From contig JBFMGK010000066.1 of the NCBI GenBank assembly GCA_040752575.1, forward strand, positions 14,640 to 78,639: DNA of 64,000 bases. The letters run 5' to 3'. A program made the position numbers and the translations under genes. Shown piece by piece: positions 1 through 9,403 of the stretch (position 1 is its first letter; every line of letters begins with the position of its first letter). Below the pieces are notes generated by a model, which did not search any database, was not told the origin of the DNA, and was given only the letters and a program-made list of their open reading frames with translations. This stretch comes from Candidatus Bipolaricaulota bacterium. GTDB lineage: Bacteria > Bipolaricaulota > Bipolaricaulia > UBA7950 > UBA9294.

Positions 1-314
1 TGAAGATCCCTCCCGCAGCGCCGGAGATCGACCACGGGATACTCAACCACCTGTCCCGGCCCGTGATACGTCACGCCGCCGCCACGGTCGGTCTCGTAGA
101 CCTCGATTCCCGCGGCCCGTATCTGCTCGGCACTCGCGAGGAAGCTATCGGCGCGGCTCCGTCGCCCACACGTGAAAACCGGATCGTGCTCGACCGTCAT
201 GACAACGTCCGGAATGCGCCCCGAGACCCGAAGCGCGTGCAAGCCCTTCTGCACCTCCAAGGCCATCGAGTACGACATCCGCCCGGCGCGAATCCAGAAC
301 GCCTCTTCAGACAC
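1..314 (-). CDS. lipB: Octanoyltransferase LipB, runs off the window edge
   Basis: Own translation from GTG 314: ...VEHDPVFTCGRR...ETDRGGGVTYHGPGQVVEYPVVDL, the LipB signature. Not in the ORF track. Confidence 0.9.
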   Translation of the reverse strand, partial: MSEEAFWIRAGRMSYSMALEVQKGLHALRVSGRIPDVVMTVEHDPVFTCGRRSRADSFLASAEQIRAAGIEVYETDRGGGVTYHGPGQVVEYPVVDLRRCGRDL

Positions 315-555
315 TGCGGTCCATGGCACCCAGGATCTCTCCCACGGCGATCTCGCATCCCTCGACGACTCGGATCTCGGCAAGCCGTCCTGTTACCGGC
401 GCGGGGATCACGAACGTCGTCTTCTCCGTCTCGACCTCCACGAGGTCGTCGCCCTCCACCACAGCGTCGCCGACCTGGTGAAGCCAAGCCACAACCACTG
501 TGGAGTCTACGTTGCCGAGATCGGGCAGCTCGATCAGGACTCTCCCACTCGTCAT
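307..555 (-). CDS. Stand-alone lipoyl/biotinyl carrier domain protein
   Basis: 82 aa; W..QVGD.V.EGD.LVEVETEK...IPAPV.G.L matches an E2-type lipoyl domain; overlaps the lipB start. Confidence 0.85.
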   Translation of the reverse strand: MTSGRVLIELPDLGNVDSTVVVAWLHQVGDAVVEGDDLVEVETEKTTFVIPAPVTGRLAEIRVVEGCEIAVGEILGAMDRSV

Positions 556-606
556 GGGGCCTCCCTTTCTTGAGCCAGTCTAGCCGATCTCACCTCACCC
601 CTCACC

Positions 607-635
607 TTGCCCCCGCGCCGCGGGCCCCCTATAGT
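607..635 (+). promoter_or_regulatory. Putative sigma70 promoter for ychF-tsaC
   Basis: TTGCCC (607-612), 17 bp, TATAGT (630-635); AGGAGG before GTG 653. Confidence 0.55.
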
Positions 636-652
636 GTCGGCGAGGAGGCGCC

Positions 653-1741
653 GTGGGCTTCTCGTGCGGTCTAGTGGGTCTTCCGAATGCCGGCAAGTCG
701 ACGATCTTCAACGCCCTGTCCAACGCAGGGGCCCGCGTCGAGCCCTATCCTTTCTCAACGGTCGAGGCCAACGTCGGCAGTGTTGCCGTGCCGGACGAAC
801 GCCTGGATCGTCTCGCCCGTCTGTTCCCCGACAAGGCGAAGATCCCAACGCATCTTGAAGTCGTCGACATCGCGGGCCTCGTCGAACGGGCCAGCGAAGG
901 CGAGGGCATGGGGAATGCCTTCCTTGCCCAGATTCGGGCCGTCGACGCAGTGTTCCACGTGGTCCGATGCTTTGACGACGGCGACGTCGCGCACGTCGCG
1001 GGAACCGTCTCGCCACAGCGGGACATCGGCGTCGTGGAGACAGAGCTCCTGCTGAAGGACCTCGAGACGCTCTCCCGCGTAGCCAAACGCTTGCAGCAGG
1101 AAACCAAGGGAACGGATCGTTCCGCGCCGGCGAGGGCCGCGGCCTGGAACTCCCTCGTCGAGCATGTGTCCCGCGGAGGCCCTGTGCGAACGGCTTCCGT
1201 GCCCGCGGTCATCGAAGCTCTGGTCCGCGAAGCGTCACCGTTGACCGCCAAACCCTACCTCTTCGTCGCCAATCTCGGCGACCAGGGAGAGAACGCGCTC
1301 TCGGATTCCGTTGTCGTCACCGCGCGCGAGCGCGGCGTTCCCGTCGTGTTCGTGCGCGGCCGTCTCGAGGCGGAGGTCGCGGAAACGGCATCGACTGCCG
1401 AGGAACGGATGCAGTTTCTCGCCGAGTTCGGCGTGCCCGACACGAGCCTCGCGCGGCTTGTCCGTGCGGGGTACGAACTCCTTCGTCTGGTCACCTTCTT
1501 CACCGTCGAAGGCCCGGAGGTCCGGGCATGGACGGTCCCTCAAGGGACCCTGGCGCCGGCAGCCGGAGCGCGCATTCACACGGACTTCGCCGACAGATTC
1601 GTCCTCGCCGAAGTCATGGATCTCGACGCCCTCGTCGTCGCAGGGACAGAAAAGAGGCTCCGCGACGAGGGTCGCATCCGCCGAGCTGGACGAGACTACG
1701 CAGTTCGGGACGGCGACGTGATCCACTTCATCTGCTCATGA
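653..1741 (+). CDS. ychF: Ribosome-binding ATPase YchF
   Basis: GLVGLPNAGKST, YPFST, DIAGLV, C-terminal TGS domain (IHTDF...DGDVIHF). Confidence 0.95.
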   Translation: MGFSCGLVGLPNAGKSTIFNALSNAGARVEPYPFSTVEANVGSVAVPDERLDRLARLFPDKAKIPTHLEVVDIAGLVERASEGEGMGNAFLAQIRAVDAVFHVVRCFDDGDVAHVAGTVSPQRDIGVVETELLLKDLETLSRVAKRLQQETKGTDRSAPARAAAWNSLVEHVSRGGPVRTASVPAVIEALVREASPLTAKPYLFVANLGDQGENALSDSVVVTARERGVPVVFVRGRLEAEVAETASTAEERMQFLAEFGVPDTSLARLVRAGYELLRLVTFFTVEGPEVRAWTVPQGTLAPAAGARIHTDFADRFVLAEVMDLDALVVAGTEKRLRDEGRIRRAGRDYAVRDGDVIHFICS

Positions 1742-2412
1742 TCCCTGAAGTCCTCAACCACGACGACCCGCGTGCCGCACCGCGGCTGCTCGAAGCCCTC
1801 GAGACGGGACAAGTCGTGATCTTTCCCACAGACACGATCTACGGCATGGGCGGCAATCCGTGGGACGACCGCGTCCTGGAGAAGGTCCGCGAGGCAAAGC
1901 GACGCGACACGGCACAGCCGGTCACGATTCACGTCGCGACGACGGCGGAGGTGGAGATCTACGCCGAGGTGACGCCTCGGGTGCGCTCCCTGTTGCGCCG
2001 ACTCCTTCCCGGACCCTATACCGTGATCCTTCCCGCGCGGCCAGCCGCCCCATCCTGCGCCGTAAGCTCGCTCGGCGTCGGCCTCCGCGTCCCCAGGCAT
2101 CCTTTCTTCGCCTCCATCGTCGCGCGCGTGGGGAGGCCGCTCTTTGGGACCAGCGTCAATGAGCACGGCGAGCCCCCGCTTCGCGGCATCCACGAAATGA
2201 TCGATCGCTTCCCGTTCGTCGATCTCGTGTTCGTCGGGGAGGTCCGCGGCGCCCCATCGGACGTGCTGGACCTGACGGACGCAGCTCCCCGCGCACTCCG
2301 CGGGACCTTGCCTTCTTGGCTAGCCGAGGAACAGGAGGGCCACGCCTCCCACGGCCAGGGCCGTACCGATGGCTCCTCGCCACGTGACCCTTTCGCGAAA
2401 CAGGACGGCTGA
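1738..2412 (+). CDS. tsaC: L-threonylcarbamoyladenylate synthase (YrdC/TsaC, no Sua5 domain)
   Basis: ATGA overlap with ychF; FPTDTIYG, AKRR, PGPYTVIL, GLRVP, TSVN motifs. Confidence 0.85.
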   Translation: MIPEVLNHDDPRAAPRLLEALETGQVVIFPTDTIYGMGGNPWDDRVLEKVREAKRRDTAQPVTIHVATTAEVEIYAEVTPRVRSLLRRLLPGPYTVILPARPAAPSCAVSSLGVGLRVPRHPFFASIVARVGRPLFGTSVNEHGEPPLRGIHEMIDRFPFVDLVFVGEVRGAPSDVLDLTDAAPRALRGTLPSWLAEEQEGHASHGQGRTDGSSPRDPFAKQDG

Positions 2413-3207
2413 CAACGGGAGGAGGAACACGGGCGAGAGCGCCATAAGGGTCGAGGCGACGCCGACCGACGTGCTCGACAGCGCGACGAGCGACCCGGTG
2501 ACGCCGAGGAACGGCCCCATGAAGGCTCCCAGGGCAGTGGTCGTCATGGCCCTGCGGTCGTGAGCGGCCCGCCAAGCTTCGCGCCACCGGCGGCGCGGAA
2601 GCGAACTCGCCCACGACGCCGCCGTCGCGGCGAGAATCTGGATCACGTTGGTCGACAGCGGAGGGAAGCCGCCTTCCATCCCCTTGACCGACAGCAAGTA
2701 GCGCGACGCCTGGGCGATGACCGCGATGAGCGCAAAACCCAATCCTCTCCAGTATCTGGACGCCATTTCGGGCCCGAGCGGGGCACGTCGGGCGGAGATG
2801 ACCAGGAAGAGCGCCGCCACCGTCAGCGCGACGCCGAGCCACTGCGTGGCGAGGAGCCGCTCTCCAAACACCGCGAGCGCGAACAGCGCGCTCGTGACGG
2901 GAATCAGCGCCGACACGACGGACGTCCGATGGGCCCCCAAGTCCCGCAGCGCGCGGAAGAGAAAGGCGTCGCAGAACGCGAAGCCCACGATGCCCGACAG
3001 GGAGAGCCAGCCCCAACGAGACAGGGACGCTGACGGTGGCAACGGAACCCCGTAGACGGCCGTGTGGGTCATGAGAAGAAGGACCAACGCCATGGCGAGC
3101 CGAAGTTGATTCACGGCGTCCGCGCCGATGCGGCGAACCGAGGACGTGAAGGCGAGGTAGCTCCCGGTCCAGAGAATCGAAACGCCGAGGGCCGCCAGTT
3201 CTCCCAT
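2320..3207 (-). CDS. DMT/EamA family transporter
   Basis: About 10 hydrophobic helices in two EamA repeats (SGIVGF..., FGERL, LFRERVT). Confidence 0.85.
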   Translation of the reverse strand: MGELAALGVSILWTGSYLAFTSSVRRIGADAVNQLRLAMALVLLLMTHTAVYGVPLPPSASLSRWGWLSLSGIVGFAFCDAFLFRALRDLGAHRTSVVSALIPVTSALFALAVFGERLLATQWLGVALTVAALFLVISARRAPLGPEMASRYWRGLGFALIAVIAQASRYLLSVKGMEGGFPPLSTNVIQILAATAASWASSLPRRRWREAWRAAHDRRAMTTTALGAFMGPFLGVTGSLVALSSTSVGVASTLMALSPVFLLPLSAVLFRERVTWRGAIGTALAVGGVALLFLG

Positions 3208-3217
3208 CACGTCGGGC

Positions 3218-4603
3218 CTACCCGCGCTGGAACGGCTCGAATCGCGCGAAGAAGTGCCGTAATGGGCCCGCTCCCTCCACGATTCGGTATCCGGGAAGGC
3301 GATCGGCCGTCCGCGCGACACCGCCGGCGGCCGCAGCGACGTGATCGAAGTGCGTTCTCGTGTACATCCGCCTCGGGATGGCGAGCCTGACGAGTTCCAT
3401 GCGCGGGCGTGCGGGAGGGTTCGTCCCGTCTTCGGAACCGAACATCACGCTCCCGATCTCGACCCCACGCACGCCGCCTTCCAGGTACAACGCGTTGGTC
3501 AAGGCTAAGGCCGGAAACGACATCGCGGGGAACCCCGGCAGGAGCTCCGCCGCGTCAAGGTAAACGGCATGGCCTCCGATGGGTTTAAGAATCGGAACAC
3601 CCTCCGCTTCCAGCCGAACTGCCAGATACCTCGTGTCGGCAACCCGGTCGGCCAGGTAATCCAGGTCCAGGGCTTCGTAGAGACCCACGGCAATGGCCTC
3701 GAGATCCCGACCGGCCAACCCTCCATATGTGGGGAACCCCTCAACAAGAATGAGGCGCTCGCGAGCCCGCTCGAACAGGATGCGGTCATTCAGCGCGAGG
3801 ATGCCGCCGATGTTCGCGAGTCCGTCTTTCTTGGCGCTCATCGTCATCCCGTCGGCCAAGGCGAACATCTCGCGCGCGATGTCGATCGGCGCCGTGCGCG
3901 CGTACCCCGGCTCGCGCTCGCGGATGAAGTACGCGTTCTCGGCGTAGCGACATGCATCGATGAACAGCGGGAGCCCGTGACGATGAGCCATGCGACTCAC
4001 GTCCCGCACATTCGCCAACGACACCGGCTGCCCGCCGCCGCTGTTGTTCGTGACCGTGATCATCACGAATGGGATCCGGCCCTCTCCCGTCTCCTCGAGG
4101 GCCCGTTCGAGCTTCTCAAGATCCATGTTCCCTTTGAAGGGATGATCGGCACGCGGATCGTAGGCCTCGTCGATCGCGAGGTCGACGGGCCGTCCACCGT
4201 TCGCCAGGATGTTGGCACGCGTTGTGTCGAAGTGCATGTTGCTCGGCACGAGGTCGCCTGGCTTGACGCAGACGGAGAAGAGTACGTTCTCCGCTCCGCG
4301 CCCCTGATGCGTGGGCAACACAAACCGAAACCCGAAGATGTCGTCGGTCGCGGCGCGGAAACGCTCGTAGCTGCGGCTCCCCGCGTAGGACTCGTCGCCG
4401 CGCATCATCGCGGCCCACTGCTCCTGACTCAACGCCCCAGTACCCGAGTCGGTCAGCAGATCAACGTACACGTCCGCCGCCCGCAGGTTGAACACGTTGT
4501 AGCCGGCCTCGGTGAGCCGCGCGTGACGCTCGGGAGCGGTCAGAACGGTCACGGGCTCGACGACCTTGATCCGGTAGGGCTTGTGACCTGTCGACTCGTG
4601 CAT
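3218..4603 (-). CDS. tnaA: Tryptophanase (beta-eliminating lyase)
   Basis: [19 protein letters not shown]-lysine motif [23 protein letters not shown] and LRHF favour TnaA over tyrosine phenol-lyase. Confidence 0.85.
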   Translation of the reverse strand: MHESTGHKPYRIKVVEPVTVLTAPERHARLTEAGYNVFNLRAADVYVDLLTDSGTGALSQEQWAAMMRGDESYAGSRSYERFRAATDDIFGFRFVLPTHQGRGAENVLFSVCVKPGDLVPSNMHFDTTRANILANGGRPVDLAIDEAYDPRADHPFKGNMDLEKLERALEETGEGRIPFVMITVTNNSGGGQPVSLANVRDVSRMAHRHGLPLFIDACRYAENAYFIREREPGYARTAPIDIAREMFALADGMTMSAKKDGLANIGGILALNDRILFERARERLILVEGFPTYGGLAGRDLEAIAVGLYEALDLDYLADRVADTRYLAVRLEAEGVPILKPIGGHAVYLDAAELLPGFPAMSFPALALTNALYLEGGVRGVEIGSVMFGSEDGTNPPARPRMELVRLAIPRRMYTRTHFDHVAAAAGGVARTADRLPGYRIVEGAGPLRHFFARFEPFQRG

Positions 4604-4634
4604 CGGGCTCCTCTCCGCCAGACGGGATTCGGGA

Positions 4635-4698
4635 AGAGTAGAGCGTCCGTGCGCTCACGGCAACCTGGTTGACCTCGACGCTTCCCGCCCCTTACAGT
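4635..4698. promoter_or_regulatory. Divergent putative promoters (tnaA and HEAT-repeat gene)
   Basis: Minus: TTGCCG (4663-4658), 17 bp, TACTCT (4640-4635). Plus: TTGACC (4669-4674), 18 bp, TACAGT (4693-4698). Confidence 0.45.
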
Positions 4699-4719
4699 TG
4701 TGCTCCCGGGAGGCGGTCC

Positions 4720-5556
4720 GTGACAACGCAGATCGACGCGGCAGTACGCTCGGCGAATTGGGGACAGCTCGACGAGGTCCTGGCTGACCTTCCCCGGGCC
4801 GCCGCGCGACGTACCGCGCGCCGCATCAGCGAGATCCTGACCGACCACCCCGTGGCCACGCCGCTTCGCTGCCTGAGTCAGTCTCGGTCTCCGGTGACAC
4901 GCGCCGTCGCCGCCCACCTCGTGGCTCGTGCGCTCGACAAGGACCTCGACGCCGCGTTGTCGACCTTGCGGGATCTTCTCACCGATCCGGAGGTCGCCGT
5001 TCGACGAGCCGCTCAGGGGGTCGCCTCGACAGCACTCGATCTCTTCTTCACCGAGGCCCTGCCGAACATGCGTCTGTGGCTTCCCGACGACCACCCCGGC
5101 CCGCGGGGAGCTGTCGCCTCCGCGGTCTGCCGCGCCGCCGACCCGCGTCATCTGGAGCGCGCCGTGCACCTCGTTCGGCTTGTCGAGCCGCTTCTCGCGG
5201 ACGCGGATCGCGACGTTCACCGTCTGGCCGCGGAGTCCGCGGCGGCGCTTCTCGCTGCCTACCCTGAACCCACGTTCGAGGCTCTCCTTTCCTGGTCCAC
5301 TTCCCACGACCAGGCCGTCCTTCGGGGCGTCGCCTCGGCGCTCGCGTCGCCGGCCGCCGCGCGTCTGGCGCGCAAGGCGCTCATCGTCTTGCGGAAGCTC
5401 GCGGTGGACGAGCGAGCCGCCGTTCGGCGGGCCGTGGCCTCCGCCCTGTGGCGGCTGGCACGGCATCGGCCGGACGTCGTCCGGCCTGAGATCGACCGGT
5501 GGCTCGCGGATCCGTCTCGCACTGCCGTCGCACGCGAGGCCCTTCGTCACGTCTGA
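4720..5556 (+). CDS. HEAT-repeat protein (possibly AlkD-like DNA alkylation repair family)
   Basis: GGAGG then GTG 4720; repeated L..D....VRRAVA.AL helical units. Confidence 0.7.
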   Translation: MTTQIDAAVRSANWGQLDEVLADLPRAAARRTARRISEILTDHPVATPLRCLSQSRSPVTRAVAAHLVARALDKDLDAALSTLRDLLTDPEVAVRRAAQGVASTALDLFFTEALPNMRLWLPDDHPGPRGAVASAVCRAADPRHLERAVHLVRLVEPLLADADRDVHRLAAESAAALLAAYPEPTFEALLSWSTSHDQAVLRGVASALASPAAARLARKALIVLRKLAVDERAAVRRAVASALWRLARHRPDVVRPEIDRWLADPSRTAVAREALRHV

Positions 5557-5590
5557 CTCCCCACCTCGAGCCCCGTATACTCAAGCTCCT

Positions 5591-6340
5591 ATGGGTAACG
5601 AACCGCTCCTTCGCGGAGCTCTTGTCACCGGGGCCTCTCACGGAATCGGAGCCGCCACAGCTCGAGAGCTCGCGCGTCTTGGCTACGGCGTAGGCGTCAA
5701 CTACCTCACCTCAGACGACGCGGCCTTCGAGCTCGTCGCGGACATCGAGCGAAGCGGCGGAAGGGCAATGGCTCTGCACGCCGACGTGCGCGATCCCGAT
5801 GCGGTGCGCGAGTTGGTCGCGCGCACAGCGGAGGCGTTCGGCGGGCTTCAGGTCCTGATCAACAACGTCGGCTCTTCGAAGCACTCGGCTCTCGAGGACC
5901 TGAGTCTCGAGATGTGGCACGACGCACTGGCCTCGAACCTGACCTCGACGTTCCTCGCCTGCAAGGCCGCGCTGCCCTATCTTCGACAGGCTCCCTGGGG
6001 GCGAATCGTCAATCTCGCTTCCTTGCGCGCAATGAGCGGATCCGACCACGGCGCACATTACGCCGCGGCCAAGGCTGGCGTCATCGGCCTCACGAAGTCC
6101 CTCGCCCGCGAACTCGCCCCAAGGATCACGGTGAACGCCATCGCGCCAGGCTACACGCGTACAGAGATGACCCGCGCCTCGCTCGCGCGCGACGAGAGCG
6201 CGATCGTAGCGCAGATTCCGGTCCGCCGCGTTGCCGAGCCAGAGGAGATCGCACGGCTGATCGGCTTTCTCGCAAGCGAGGGCTCGGGCTATATCACGGG
6301 CGAGACGATCAACCAGAACGGCGGGATCTACATGCAGTAA
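5591..6340 (+). CDS. fabG: 3-oxoacyl-ACP reductase-like SDR
   Basis: TGASHGIG, NNVG, YAAAK, VNAIAPG, TGETINQNGG. Confidence 0.8.
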   Translation: MGNEPLLRGALVTGASHGIGAATARELARLGYGVGVNYLTSDDAAFELVADIERSGGRAMALHADVRDPDAVRELVARTAEAFGGLQVLINNVGSSKHSALEDLSLEMWHDALASNLTSTFLACKAALPYLRQAPWGRIVNLASLRAMSGSDHGAHYAAAKAGVIGLTKSLARELAPRITVNAIAPGYTRTEMTRASLARDESAIVAQIPVRRVAEPEEIARLIGFLASEGSGYITGETINQNGGIYMQ

Positions 6341-6568
6341 GCGGAGCACGCCATGAGCCTACGCGCGTATCGGCAGGACGATCTTGCGGCGTGGCGACGA
6401 GTCGCATTGCGAGACGGCGTGGTCTTGCCGCGCGGGCCACGGCCCGAGCGCTGGCGGACGAGCCCGCGCCCACGAACTCGCGGCATGAACCTTTGGACCG
6501 CGGCGCGCGACTCATCTACCATAGGACCGGTCGTCACGGTCGATACGTGACCCTGGGGGAGGACCAGC

Positions 6569-6799
6569 ATGAAAGCACTGCGGAATGTGATACGCGGCGG
6601 AGGCGTTGGGGCGTTTTTCTTCTTCAGTTGGGTGATTCAACTTCTTTGGAACAGCATTCTGGTCGATCAGCTGGCTCTCGTGCCGGTGAAAGTGAACTAC
6701 TGGCAGGCTGCCGCCCTGTGGTTCCTATCGATCATCCTCTTCGCGTGGGCGGGCATCGGCGTTTCGCCGCGCGTACGCAAGTGGTGGTCCTCCGACTGA
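6569..6799 (+). CDS. Small two-helix membrane protein
   Basis: GGAGG RBS; 76 aa with QLLWN...VNYWQA pattern and two hydrophobic segments. Confidence 0.65.
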   Translation: MKALRNVIRGGGVGAFFFFSWVIQLLWNSILVDQLALVPVKVNYWQAAALWFLSIILFAWAGIGVSPRVRKWWSSD

Positions 6800-6848
6800 G
6801 GCCGGGGGCTCAAGGAAGGGCGGTCGTAGGGTGGACGGCCGGAGCCGG

Positions 6849-7406
6849 ATGGCGCCGTTCGACGAACTCGCGCGTCTCTTGTCTCGTGATTACGTCGTTC
6901 TGGACACCGAGACGACGGGGCTTGTCGCACCGGAGCTCGTCAGTGTGGCGGTCGTCAACCGCCATGGCGAAGAGGTCCTCCACCGCGTGGTTCGTCCCGG
7001 CCGTCCGATCGAGGACGAGGCGAGCCGCGTGCACGGACTCACCCTGGGCGCCTTGGCCGACAAGCCTTCCTTCCCGGCCATCGCCCCTGTCCTGCGCGAG
7101 GCGCTGTGCGGGCATGTCATCGTGGTTTACAACGCGGAATACGATCGACGCGTGCTGGCGAACACCTATCGGCGGTATCGGATTCCATTGCCTGCCCTGG
7201 AAACGTGGTGCGCCATGGAGTGGTTCGCCCACGTGGCGGGCGAGTGGAACCCTTCGCGGCGCTCGTACACCTGGAAGCCTCTTGCGGAAGCTGCACGCCA
7301 CTTTGGTGTTCCGCAACCCGTTGCGCACGACGCCCTCGCGGACTGCCTCACCACTTGGCGTGTTCTCCAAGCGGCCTTCCGGCAACGCGCGGCCTCCCAC
7401 GACTAG
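6849..7406 (+). CDS. DEDDh 3'-5' exonuclease (DnaQ-like)
   Basis: LDTETTG, VHG, YNAEYD, AHDALADC motifs. Confidence 0.9.
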   Translation: MAPFDELARLLSRDYVVLDTETTGLVAPELVSVAVVNRHGEEVLHRVVRPGRPIEDEASRVHGLTLGALADKPSFPAIAPVLREALCGHVIVVYNAEYDRRVLANTYRRYRIPLPALETWCAMEWFAHVAGEWNPSRRSYTWKPLAEAARHFGVPQPVAHDALADCLTTWRVLQAAFRQRAASHD

Positions 7407-7415
7407 GCAAGACGG

Positions 7416-7868
7416 CTATACCTCGGAAGGCGACGGTTTCCAGAACTCCCAGAAGCGGCGTCCAGCAAGGTCGGCCTGCACGTCTCCGTCCTGGATCCGT
7501 AGGTGGAAGTCCATGACATACGATCTCCCCGTGCGGACATCCTCCACCCGGCAGACGGCTGAGAGCCTCCCTCCCAGCCGGCCGCCCTCGAGCGTCAGTT
7601 CGACGTCTCCGAAGTCCAGCCGCACATCCGTGATATAGAGAACGACGTCCGCCTCCTCCTCGTCGGTCACCAGGAGGAGGTCGCGATCGCTCAGCTCGAC
7701 ACGCAGTTCTCGCTCGAGATCGATGATCCCGCCCTCGGAGGTCCCGGTACGGATCGCCACCGTCCTCGCGCCAGCCAACGGGTCCTCCGGCGGCCACAAC
7801 AGCGCAACGGCCACCGCCGCCAGGGCAACGGCGGCTCCAACTCCCCACGCGCGTGTTGATCTCTTCAT
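7416..7868 (-). CDS. Hypothetical protein with N-terminal membrane anchor or signal peptide
   Basis: GGAGG RBS before ATG 7868; MKRS plus hydrophobic stretch, then acidic beta-rich domain. Confidence 0.6.
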   Translation of the reverse strand: MKRSTRAWGVGAAVALAAVAVALLWPPEDPLAGARTVAIRTGTSEGGIIDLERELRVELSDRDLLLVTDEEEADVVLYITDVRLDFGDVELTLEGGRLGGRLSAVCRVEDVRTGRSYVMDFHLRIQDGDVQADLAGRRFWEFWKPSPSEV

Positions 7869-7980
7869 CGTCCTCCCCCCCCCTTCCGCAGGGCATCGCG
7901 CCGACCTTGCCCGCAGACAGCGTGAGCGATCGTACCGTAGATCCCCGCCGCCGGCATCTTCACGCGCTCGGCAACACCTC

Positions 7981-8009
7981 TTGACGAGCAGAGGGTCCTG
8001 CCGTATCGT
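7981..8009 (+). promoter_or_regulatory. Putative sigma70 promoter for the TlpA gene
   Basis: TTGACG, 17 bp, TATCGT. Confidence 0.5.
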
Positions 8010-8049
8010 GCCCGTTCTAGTCCGTCGTTCTCGCGAAGGGAGTTCAGCC

Positions 8050-8679
8050 ATGGCAAGGCCTTCGACGAAGCGTTCGCGCCGAACCCTCTGGATCAGCGCC
8101 TTGGCCGTCGTCGCTCTCGCCGGTCTGGGGGTTGGACTGGGTTCGTTCCTCGCCCACCGCGGCCCCGCAGAGGAGCCTGTCGACATCGTCGTCACGGCCC
8201 CTCAGGAGGACGCGCCTGCGCAGTCCGACCCCTCTGCCTCTTCGCTGCCCGTCGTAGGACCGAACGTCGGGAACATCGCACCGGACTTCACGCTTGCCGC
8301 GCTCGACGGCACCCCGGTGACCCTGTCGTCGTTCCGCGACCGCGTCGTGATCCTCGACTTCTGGGCGAGCTGGTGCTCGCCCTGTCGGGCGACGATGCCG
8401 TCGCTTCACGCGTATTGGAAGAGCGTCAAGAGCCGCGGTGTCGTTCTCGTGGGCGTGAGTTTGGATCGCACGCTGGAGGCAGCGCGCAGTTACCTCAAGA
8501 CCGCCGGGTTCGACGACATGGTCTCGCTGTGGGGTTCTCTCTCCGCGGCCAGCGCGGTCGCCGCGCTCTACGACGCTCGCGCGATCCCCCGCACGGTCGT
8601 CATCGACCCCGAGGGCGTCATCCGTTTCAGCGACCATCCCGCGCGGCTCGCCCGAACCCTCGTTGAATCACTGCTCTAG
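8050..8679 (+). CDS. Membrane-anchored TlpA/ResA-type thiol-disulfide oxidoreductase
   Basis: N-terminal TM helix; APDFTL, DFWASWCSPCR, IPRTVVID. Confidence 0.9.
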   Translation: MARPSTKRSRRTLWISALAVVALAGLGVGLGSFLAHRGPAEEPVDIVVTAPQEDAPAQSDPSASSLPVVGPNVGNIAPDFTLAALDGTPVTLSSFRDRVVILDFWASWCSPCRATMPSLHAYWKSVKSRGVVLVGVSLDRTLEAARSYLKTAGFDDMVSLWGSLSAASAVAALYDARAIPRTVVIDPEGVIRFSDHPARLARTLVESLL

Positions 8680-8749
8680 CGTTGCCGGGCGCTGGGTTGA
8701 AGCTCCCATGGCACGCGACGAAGCCCTGCGCCGCGCTCTCTTCTCCGCC

Positions 8750-9391
8750 CTATCGTTCCCCCCGCCGGCGCGAGGTCGAAGGACGGCCGGAGCGGCGTCC
8801 CCGGCGAGCCGAGATCGGCAGTTCTTGCGGTTCGTCTCGCTTTGCCGATGCCAGGGCGACGAGCGCGTCGTGGATGGTCTCGAGCTCGTAGTTGCGGGAT
8901 CGCTGCGTCACGGGGATGTAGTCGCGGCCGTCGGCCCCCAGTTGCTTCACCCAACGCTCCATCTGGGCGAGGCACGAGACGGTGCCGCCTCCCGTCCCCC
9001 CCGCTGCGGCCACACAGATGGTCGGCTTGCCGTAGGCAACCGACTCGTTGCGCACCGGACGCGTGAGCTCGCAACGCCGCATTCGGTCAAACAAGGCCTT
9101 GTAGGGCTCGCTCGGCTCTCCAAAGTAGACGGGCGTCACCCAGACATATCCCTCCGCCTCGGCGAACATTCGATGGACCGTCGGGAAGTCGTCCTCTAGA
9201 CAGCACTCGTGTTGCGTCTGGCACGTTCCCCAACCGCCATCGCACACCGCGCACCGTTCGATACGAAACTCGTTGAGGTTGATGACGCGCGCGGGGCTTC
9301 GACCATCGACTACGCCCTGTCGCGCCGCCTCTCCGCACGCAGCGGTAAGGCCTTCCGCATTCGGGCTACTCACGATGACAAGAACCTTCAT
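8750..9391 (-). CDS. Iron-sulfur flavoprotein / NADPH-dependent FMN reductase family
   Basis: SSPNAEGLT, CxxC..C..C cluster (CAVC...GTC...CC), TPVYFG, K.LFDR. Confidence 0.85.
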   Translation of the reverse strand: MKVLVIVSSPNAEGLTAACGEAARQGVVDGRSPARVINLNEFRIERCAVCDGGWGTCQTQHECCLEDDFPTVHRMFAEAEGYVWVTPVYFGEPSEPYKALFDRMRRCELTRPVRNESVAYGKPTICVAAAGGTGGGTVSCLAQMERWVKQLGADGRDYIPVTQRSRNYELETIHDALVALASAKRDEPQELPISARRGRRSGRPSTSRRRGER

Positions 9392-9403
9392 CTCTCTCCT
9401 CTT

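Noticed and set aside
6353..6550. 65-aa ORF between fabG and the small membrane protein
   Set aside because: No recognisable motif and Arg-rich composition. The region more likely holds the downstream promoter (TGGACC-17-TACCAT).
6569..7868. Possible prophage or defence islet (exonuclease plus two hypothetical genes)
   Set aside because: No integrase, att repeats, phage structural genes or evident compositional shift.
7875..7883. C9/G9 homopolymer (and C8 at 17486-17493) as phase-variation tracts
   Set aside because: Both are short for a GC-rich genome. One lies upstream of an RBS and the other leaves ygfK in frame.
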